Source: Nemertoderma westbladi (Eukaryota > Animalia > Xenacoelomorpha). From it: a DNA stretch of 32,883 bases. Position numbers and translations under genes: made by a program. Positions 24,385 to 32,883 of the stretch are shown here, in pieces. The notes under the pieces were generated by a model. That model had not been told where the DNA came from and searched no databases. It saw nothing but the letters and a program-made list of their open reading frames with translations. The stretch lies in assembly GCA_032718475.1 (NCBI GenBank), contig JAUCBJ010008751.1, positions 1-32,883 on the forward strand, in the 5' to 3' direction. Each line of letters begins with the position of its first letter. Within the stretch, counting starts at the first letter, position 1.

Positions 24385-25207
24385 ATTGTGCTTATTCCAA
24401 CATTAAATAATAAAATTTACGGGAATAAATTTAAATTCATATTTTTAATGAATTTGATAAATTGTCATTTTTATACAATTTATAACATTCCCAAAATTCC
24501 AATAATTAATAGATCATGGGAGCGGAGATTCACCCTATTAAGTGTATTAGTGTGCGAGAATCTCCAATATATAGTTAATAGCCGATAAAAATTCATAAAA
24601 TCATGTATAAAGGGGAATATTGACAATTAAAGAATTACTATTAAATAGCATCCCAGATCTGTATGCATGAGAATTACCCTAATTCTACTGCTAGCTTTCC
24701 ATGATGTCACCATAGCAACAACCACGCGAGAATTAGAAGTGAGTTAAAAGAACAATAGAAAGCTTGCCCCATTGAATTGCATAAGGAATAAATAGCACAC
24801 TGCTAGTATCCAAGGATACATAATAATACTGTGGCATTCTGGAAGGCACTTGACTAACGGACAAATGGCCCGAATGTGTACAATTTGTGACAGTTGTGTG
24901 GAATTTGTGCGTTTATAGGTGAATGTTACTACTAAAGTGTGTTTACAGTAGCTAGTCGCAGTTGTGAAAGTAGCCCTACCTCTGCCGTAAGAACCTGAAG
25001 TAAATCTAAGCCCTTGGGATGGACAGTGGAGTGACTCGCGCTGGTTATCGTTGTCGTTATGTAGCTACTACATTGGCGAAAAACACAGCGACGACGGTAC
25101 ATCGGCGCTGAGGATCTTGCGCTGTCGGGGGGCCGTGAGGGGTAGGCAGCGACACCCGCTAGCCTAATTATAACTAATTATAATATTGATAAACTCATAT
25201 AGCAGCT

Positions 25208-28200
25208 ATGACTGAGTTGATAGAAGATGATCTTGGTATCAGGGAGCGATATACTCTACCGTTGCAAGCGTTTGTTGATAGCTTAATACGCGGCGACGCT
25301 AGTCCAACTACTACGGAGGACGATGGTCTTTATATCGAACCGCCAATGTCCCAGGAGCAACTCACGCGTGAATTGGACTATAGAAAATTCACCGCTCGCT
25401 ACACGCATCGTAATGGTATGTATATGGACTTCTTAACTACTGGCCATCCTATCGATTTATACGATACGGACGATGTAGACACCGAAAGGGAAATGGTTTT
25501 ATTTAAATATCATACCCAGCGGAGTCGGAACGATAAACCGAGAATTGAACACGAGAATTCTATTCGAAACCGACTCGAAAGAGAAGACGTTTAAGAGCCT
25601 GATAAACGCAGCGACTTCAACGATTATCTGGAATTCTTGAGAGAAACATATCTCAATATTGCCAGTCAACAGAATCTAGAAACTCGATATCCTCAAGGTA
25701 TACATCATGACCCCATGATAGAACTCAAAAGACTCTATTTCACTATGATGTATCTTACCGCCGATCGACCGCTACCTGTCGTCCCAGATAGCTTCGAACA
25801 GATGGAGGAATATTGTAAAACTGGAGAACAATCACCCGCGTTTCCCGTGCAGGACGTGCGTCTTTGGTATTACTGCGATGAATGCCCTAGACCCAACCAG
25901 CAAACGGAAAGACATAAACATCCGCGGAGACGTTGCGCTACGTTACATTTTACTCGTTATACTTATGGGAGTTTCGAGCGAAACTTGTTTGACGTATCAC
26001 CTACGCTCGCTCGACTCAAACGATCCTTAAATAAACCCATGATCAGAGTTCCGGAATACTCGGTCAGACCTCCTCATTCCTTAGTGAGACCTCAAACGCT
26101 TGATCGTAATAGTAAAACGGATCCCCCTGGACTGTACTCACTAGTTAAAGATCTTGTGTTACCCGAACAATTAATCGGTGGCACTCCGGTAGTGGGCTCG
26201 CTAGATATTCGCCCATCCTACCTAGCCGGATTGGGACGCGGACATTTAATATCGCCGTTCAACCCGTACAATCGTCCCAGTTTAACCCTGATACAACCCG
26301 TCACCGAAGTTGAGGAGAGCGTTGTACGAAACGCGTTAGACGCTATTCGGTAGAAGATCGGAAAAGGAACTTACGATTGTTTAGAGAAACGCAAATTGCA
26401 GCAACAAGTCCAAGCGGTGAAGGAATTGGCCTTACCCCAGTTCGATCGAGAAATCCAGAATCTCGAGGAAGACATTGAACTTGGACGAACCTATTCTCTA
26501 CAAGAGTTCTTAGACGAACGTTTATAACGACAAGCAGAGGAAAATCAGCTTGAGGAGAAGCACATCGAAATGGATGAGAGAGAAGAAGCAGCTTTAGCCC
26601 AGCCAGAAGCTCAAATCCTTATGACTGATCTCTATTCCAAAACCATCATTCATCCCTCGATGGTTCCCCATTTCGGAGACAAACTCTTTGCCACGGTACA
26701 ACCTCAACCGGTTGATATCAACCTAAGATCTCGAGATCTTATCGCTGACGCTCCTATGTTACAGCGTCCGCCAATCGAGGCCGCTCGTGTCGACGGTATA
26801 CTTGTTGAACCTCTGGACAATCGAGCGGATCTTGTCCGTCGTATGGTACACGAGGTCAATATACGCGCTAGACCTTTACCGAACTCGTTTTATGGGATCA
26901 AAGATCACCCTTATTATGTCAATCTAACTCAATATTACATGGTAAAACCGGAAGATCCTACACATAATCTAAGGTTTTTACCACTAATAAATCCTCTCGA
27001 TCTTGTCGAACTCGAACAACTGCAGAAACATTGGATCAGTTAGTGAAAGTAAACTCATTCCAAAAACCCTACAATGTTTCCAGAATAGAGAAGGATATAA
27101 TACCTCCGTATAATCTCGATGGATTTATCAAAACTCGATTAGTCCACTGGAATCTCAACGTGTTATTCGAGGAGGAGAGAATACAATGATATGGAGATGT
27201 ATAAACATATACTACACAGTATTTGAAGTATAGGGATCTACCTAACGCTAGCGAATGCGCCACCTTGTGGCATCCAGTGGGAATGACCCTAGAAAACGCC
27301 ACTAAAGAGTGGAACGAAACTCTTAACGTTATCGAGATGTATGGAGTTGTCACTTACGATAACGAAGGTAGCGTTCCGGTTGGAGAACTGGGAACTACGC
27401 GCATGATATATATACGAGGACTAGCTGGTTCTACCCACGTATTTACTCGAGCGTGTTCCAACGTGATAGATTATTCTTTTGAGACCTCACCGAAATACAA
27501 AAGAAACTCCGATGTGACGGGATCCGAGAGGATCCCAGTTTATCCGGTGTTGTTTCGTACGCGTCAGCCGCACCGTGTGATGGAAAAGGAGTTTGTTGTT
27601 CCAGTATTGTTAATAATATGAAATAGGTGATAGCATATACAGATATAGATTGACAGATAGCACCAATGACTGAATACTGCTGGTAATATGGGTGACAGTG
27701 GCGACGGACGGTCTTAACAGTCACCGTACTGCCTGACTGTACTGGGATGACTACTGAGTAAACTAAACTGAATAGGGAAGCACCAACAGGTAATATATAC
27801 TGCACAGTTGGCCATATTACTGTACCTAGTCGATGCTGTCCCCCCATTGGCTAATATCCCACTTCTCGCCCTTTCACCTTCCCTGGTGTGTTTCCCGTTG
27901 CCCCTGTTGTTCTCTCTCTGTTAGGGGTTTGGCCCCTGACCCTTGTTGTGTGTTTCTCCTTCCCACTTTATTGGGGTGACACGAGGTTGATATTGGTAAT
28001 CAACCTCGTGCTCCCAATATTGCTTAACGGCTTACTTTATGGGGTTTAGGTGAGGCGGAATTGATTCGCTAACATCCGACATGGACAATTCGAACTCTCG
28101 CAGCGTTACGTCACTGACACCGAGCGCAAACCGGCCATGGGTATCGATGGATCCATGTTACCCCAGCCCGTGCTCGAGATGTTGTTTAGCGAAAGAATCC

Positions 28201-29736
28201 TTAAAATCGGCTCAGCTGTTTATGGAGATCTCCAAAACGACTTTAGGAACAGGGAGAATATCCCATATCCTTTCGTAGACACTCAGCTGATTGCTCCCTG
28301 GGCAGAAGGCCGAGGTTTCTTCCGCACTATGTATGCCAATACGCCCAGCGGCATCACTAAAGTACAACGAACCTCCATCGGACATCTTGCCTTTCAAGAA
28401 TACGGATGGAATTTCAAAGTCGGAAACCCTATCAACTATCAACAAGTATATGGAGATCATTATTCTCGATTATACTTTGACGGACCATTGACCGCACCTG
28501 GCGTCGTGTATAGCTTCATGAGTGTTCCACTTCGACCCTCCTTAGCTATATACACGATCTTTGAAAACGCCGCACTTGCCGGTTGGCTAGCCGATGTGTG
28601 CAGTTGTACTATACGCGCCCATCCCTTAATACTTGGAACCAAACTCGCCAAGCTAGATGAACACAATAAATTCATCCGCTTCGAATGCTTCAGGCGCTTT
28701 CTGACTCCGTTCCGTAGCATTGATAGTCAGTTCAAGGACCGCGCTCTGACCAAGTTCAGCCTAAGAGACTCAGCTGCTGAGAAGTTAGACAGCGCTGGAT
28801 TCGCCATTTTCAAGGACGTTTGTATACAGAACTTACATTCCTCTGTTATACAAAGACCTCGAATCCCCACGGGTTATTCTATCATGGAAGTTCAGACAGT
28901 GGGTTCGCTTGAGGAGACAGCCACACCTACCTCAGCTATGCAATTGGAAGACGAACCAATATGCTTAGAATCCGAGGAGATTCAGCCTACAGCGCCCCGG
29001 AACAGCGACAACGACTACGTCTTGGAATGGTATCAAGGTCCACAATGTCTCACCGCATACGATTATCGGCATGCCAACTATGTTTCTCGAAAACGTTGCC
29101 GATTATGCGCATCGAGAGACCATCTCACCCCCATGGACTCAGACGTACCCTGCTCCTATTTCCATGAACAACCGGCGATGGAGATCTATTATGCGTATTA
29201 CAGACTTGCACATTTTCGCAGTCTGTCCCCAATTTATGACTCAATGCCATCATTGTCAATTTAAAGGACATGTCAGTTTTGATTGCCCTTTTAACCGCAA
29301 TCTGGAAAGCGTAGATGAAATGATTACCCTATGCTACATCCGAGCCTGGGAAGCGAACGCGGATTTATATTGTGAGTCACGCCATCGCTATTACCCTGGA
29401 CGCGCCTATGAAGGAGTTTATGCATTCCACCCTTATCTATTCGCGTCTGTTGAACAAAAATCACGCACACTGAGTTACGAACTAATGAAGCGTGTTGGCG
29501 AGTGTATTTCAACCAAATTTGTTCGTAAATATCTCAGGAACATTAATCCTAACGATCTTAATTCCTATAACTTGATCAACTTCATTCGTCAAGATCCAGA
29601 ATATGGCGATTTGTTCATCAACTCGCATCCAGAGTTACAGGAAGTGCATAGATGGCCCTACGAATATGGAAAAGAACCATTAAACCGAGGAAGTTTCTCA
29701 CTGCCCATGGTCCACCTACCGCTCTCGTTCAGATGA
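25208..29736 (+). pseudogene. Accessory ORF of the retrotransposon: large protein with a DEDDy 3'-5' exonuclease-like domain and C-terminal Cys/His knuckles
   Basis: ORFs 25208, 25637 and 26570 are in one frame separated by single stops; a frameshift near 27025 leads into the frame of ORF 27223. ExoI VVTYDNEG (D27358, E27364), ExoII LPQPVLEMLFSERILKIGSAVYGD..FVDTQ, ExoIII-like PLRPSLAIYTIFE. Knuckles CRLCASRDH..C and CHHCQFKGHVSFDC. Confidence 0.75.
27548..28074. mobile_element. Nested solo-LTR-like insertion (527 bp)
   Basis: Termini TGTT...AACA with flanks TCCGG (27543-27547) / TCCGA (28075-28079). Non-coding, and it interrupts the exonuclease between ExoI and ExoII. Confidence 0.7.
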
Positions 29737-30068
29737 CTCGTCAGGGACCAGTAAGAGCTGCTGTCCTTAAACGCGCTCTAAAGGCCATTTGACCTCGCTC
29801 CACTGAGGTTGATATCGATCAACCGGGTACCTCGACCGGTGGATACACCGACCGTAATCCTAAACCTTCCGATGCAATTGTATTGCACCCTTCACCCAGG
29901 AGTTATAGCCCTCCTAGTAAAGTGGCTCGCCCCAAAGAGAAAAGGACTCTTGCTAGCCTCAAAAAACTGCGTAAATGCCGTCCACGCAAGAAAGACTAAC
30001 TGTTTAGAGTATTTTTATATTTTAGAAACTGTGATTTTTTATACTTTATAGAATTAAATCCCATTTTC

Positions 30069-30077
30069 TGGGAGCGG
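30069..30077 (+). other. Short polypurine-tract-like sequence
   Basis: TGGGAGCGG immediately precedes the TGT start of the 3' LTR. Confidence 0.6.
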
Positions 30078-31236
30078 TGTAAAGGCTTTTGCGGATATAA
30101 CTAGTCATTTTTCCCGCAAAGTACTGTGTAGATGTTTTAGCGGACATAAAAAGCCATTTTTTCTGTATGTGTACTTTAGCGGACATAACCATCCATTTTA
30201 TGCCGCAATACACCAAATACTCTTAATACAGTGTAGTTCCGATGACGAAATCTATCAGCTGATTTAATGTCGATGTGGAGCTTTCTTAACTTTCTTTGTT
30301 TGGCTCGCTCGACCAATCAGAGCGATTTTCATTTTATCTTGTACAGAAGCCTACGGAAGATCGCACAATGCATTACGGTCTTTGTTTACCTTTTCCTGAG
30401 CCCAGAACATCGGCTTTGGAATTATTCTGAGTTTCAGACTTTAGCAAAACATTAGACGGCTTTGATTATAGGAACGTATAACTGTTATCTCAGTACACAT
30501 CACGGTACAGTCCAGTCAACTCAATGCATTATGTCCTACCCAACTTTCACCGCATTATTTTACTTCTGTTTACTGTCGGTTATTAATTGTTATAAGTTGA
30601 TGGATATGTTGTTATATTTGGAGAATATCGATAAATAATCATAAAACCCCAATCTTCTTGATATACTGAAGGTAAGAGGGACCCGTTACCTGTAACAACT
30701 GCGACTTACATTATAGTGGTTTTGGAGTGAATTGAATGCTATTTCATAATCCCTACATGTGTCAGTTGCTATTCTCCTTATATATGATCAAATTTAGTGA
30801 AGGTCGGCAGATCAGTGTGCAGCAGTGTGCGGTAGTGTGCAGGAGTGTGACCGATAACAAAGCATTTCCTAAAGAATGCGCTTTATACGAAAATCATTAG
30901 CCATCCCGTTGTGTTTAGTGTAAGTCATAACTCTGTTTACATACTTAAAGCGCCACGTCCTAAAGGAACTGTTAATATTTCCCGAAAGTGAATAATATTT
31001 GTCAGAGATATTATAGTAACGAGCAATCGAATAATACAGTAAGTCTACACCGCAATAAGGTCAGAGCATCCGAATCCAGTCTCCCTTAACCGTGGGTGAA
31101 TGGTCGCGCATAGGCTGGCTTCGGCTAATGTAACTTTATATGCACCAAATACTTGTTATAGGCTAAAGTCGATTTATAAACTAGAAGACACCTAAAATTG
31201 GCAGGTTAAACTGCTAAAGGTCTAAAAGCGCGAACA
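30078..31236 (+). repeat. 3' LTR (1159 bp)
   Basis: TGTAAAGG...GCGCGAACA followed by the TSD CTGGT. Confidence 0.97.
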
Positions 31237-31619
31237 CTGGTTGTGCATCATGGGCATTTTTTATAAATATTCGGTAATCGTATCTTATATCTTGTAAACG
31301 TGCTTGATAATGACATTATTTGCTTCATATTATATTTTTGTTAGTGGTAGCTAAGTTGCATTTTTTATTATGTGGGGCGAGCCACAAAGTCAGCTAGCCT
31401 CACGCCTTGCAGTTTAGACAATTTTAGTTTACTTACTGCTGACTGACATAGTTCTTTGTAATAGTCTTGGCTAGGATTTTTCCCCCGGGCTCCTTCCAGC
31501 CAGCTTGCTGGCTTTCTAGTAATTCAGTTTATGTTTCAGTGTTCTTGCAGACGTACCAGATTGGTACCACTGTATTTAAGGAGTAATTCATTTGGGGTAG
31601 TATTTATATATAAGTACCT

Positions 31620-31894
31620 CCTTTAAAGGTGCTATATGGCAGTCCATGCTGGGCTCTTACTCTGGTCCCTGGATAGTAGTGACTTGCAATGTTTTACATT
31701 GTGGGCATTACGCAATACATGAAAGCAGACTATGATTCACAGTATCTACTTTTAGGGAAAGGCAGGCATTGAACACTTGAAAGTGATACTGGATTTCGAA
31801 GAAGTGAAATTATGACATCCATGGAGAAGGAAAGACTGGAATGACCTTATTTCCATAGTCCGAGTTCGCTTGACCTAGTAGTAGTAGTAGTAGT
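31620..31894 (+). mobile_element. 3' fragment of an RTE-type LINE with (TAG)n tail
   Basis: TLESDTGFRRSEIMTSME..KDW resembles the C-terminus of the RTE copy at 3110-3245. (TAG)6 tail at 31876-31894. The 5' boundary is approximate. Confidence 0.6.
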
Positions 31895-32014
31895 GAAAAG
31901 GCATAAATGGCCTGTTTTTCTGAAATTTTCTGATGATCTACATATTAATTTTAGCATCAAAATTCATTGCTTAAATTTTGCCATTCTGTCGTTCTACCGT
32001 TTTTCGTATCTAAC

Positions 32015-32318
32015 CTCTTTCTCTACTGATCCACCGTTTCTCTCCTGTATCCGCCTCCTCCCAATCATTCATCTCCGCGAGACAATCCTCCTGATTTATC
32101 GAACAAACACCATGCCGGAAGCTGAATCCCCAACAATCCTGATGCATTTTCTCGCACTCAATGCTGCAGAAGTGGGATGATGACGTTACAACTGATACTC
32201 CACCTGTTATCGTGTTTGTACAGAAACTGTTGCTATATAATGATCCAAGTGATGAAGTTACCAGATTGGTTATGATATAGAGGATGGCCAGGGTGGCCAA
32301 CATCGTGGGTAAAATCAT
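32015..32318 (-). CDS. Host gene first coding exon: signal peptide plus PAN/apple domain
   Basis: MILPTMLATLAILYIITNLVTS is a hydrophobic leader, followed by FCSIECEKMHQDCWGFSFRHGVCSI. An acceptor-like tttaaag| lies 2 nt before the ATG, and a donor AG|gttaga at 32014/32013 is phase 1. Confidence 0.75.
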
Positions 32319-32883
32319 TTCTTTAAAGCAATGAAGACAACTTGATTTTCATATATTAGTAAAAACCAGTATGTCAAATAAAATCGTTTCGTACTATATT
32401 TTCACAATCTGAGAAATTACAAGAGTACAATTATGCAATTATGCCTATCTATATATCTTTATCTGAGGGGCGTATGTATTTCAATAAAACCAAATAAAAT
32501 TGCACCCATAAATAAAATATATACTTTAAAAGGAGGCATCCTTTGGCCTGTTAGTATTAGTTATTGTTTAAGAAAATAAATAAATAGTTTAAAAGTGGTA
32601 AAATTGATTCATAGTAAGTCATAATATTTCGAGATTTTTAAGATATTTTATAGAGATAGTGAAGGCCGTGGGGTTTGATGACTGGACACTCAAGAGCATG
32701 CAGAAGTGTATAGGAGCTTCCACAGAGTTTACAAATAACATGGAAATGGAAAAGACTCATCTTTGTCGTTACATTTACAGAGCTTAAAGTGGAATCCGTG
32801 GGAACTTAGTCTTGTTACTAGATGACGTTTAGCGTAGTTTGTTTCAGTCCATCTTCTTTGAGTCATTGCTGGTGATAAAAAGA

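Larger units (their letters stand above)
12263..31236 (+). mobile_element. Full-length BEL/Pao LTR retrotransposon with an accessory ORF (18,974 bp)
   Basis: Paired TG...CA LTRs and a perfect 5-bp TSD CTGGT (12258-12262, 31237-31241). Domain order is gag (triple Zn knuckle)-PR-RT-RH-IN with Pao-specific motifs. Confidence 0.97.

Noticed and set aside
25208-29736. env gene
   Set aside because: No signal peptide, transmembrane anchor or fusion-protein pattern is visible; the motifs point to a nuclease.

Overview
AT-rich eukaryotic DNA, probably from an invertebrate and dominated by nested retroelements. A full-length 18,974-bp BEL/Pao LTR retrotransposon spans 12263-31236. It has ~1.16-kb LTRs (~98% identical by hand count), a perfect CTGGT target-site duplication and a decayed gag-PR-RT-RH-IN region. 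It also carries a large, decayed accessory ORF (~25208-29736) with DEDDy 3'-5' exonuclease motifs and Cys/His knuckles, split by a nested 527-bp solo-LTR-like insert. The element has no tRNA primer-binding site; the 11 nt after the 5' LTR are complementary to an 11-mer inside the LTR (Tf1-like self-priming geometry). It lies antisense in what appears to be a ~24-kb intron of a minus-strand host gene for a secreted protein (signal peptide-PAN, PAN and EGF exons joined by phase-1 introns). The left part holds a deleted RTE LINE with a perfect 147-bp inverted duplication, RTEX-like LINE pieces, a tRNA-derived SINE and MITE/Helitron-like repeats. It also holds a tRNA-like Pol III unit whose anticodon arm is replaced by a minimal hammerhead ribozyme (8710-8755, minus strand). 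All family assignments come from motif recognition by eye; no searches were run.
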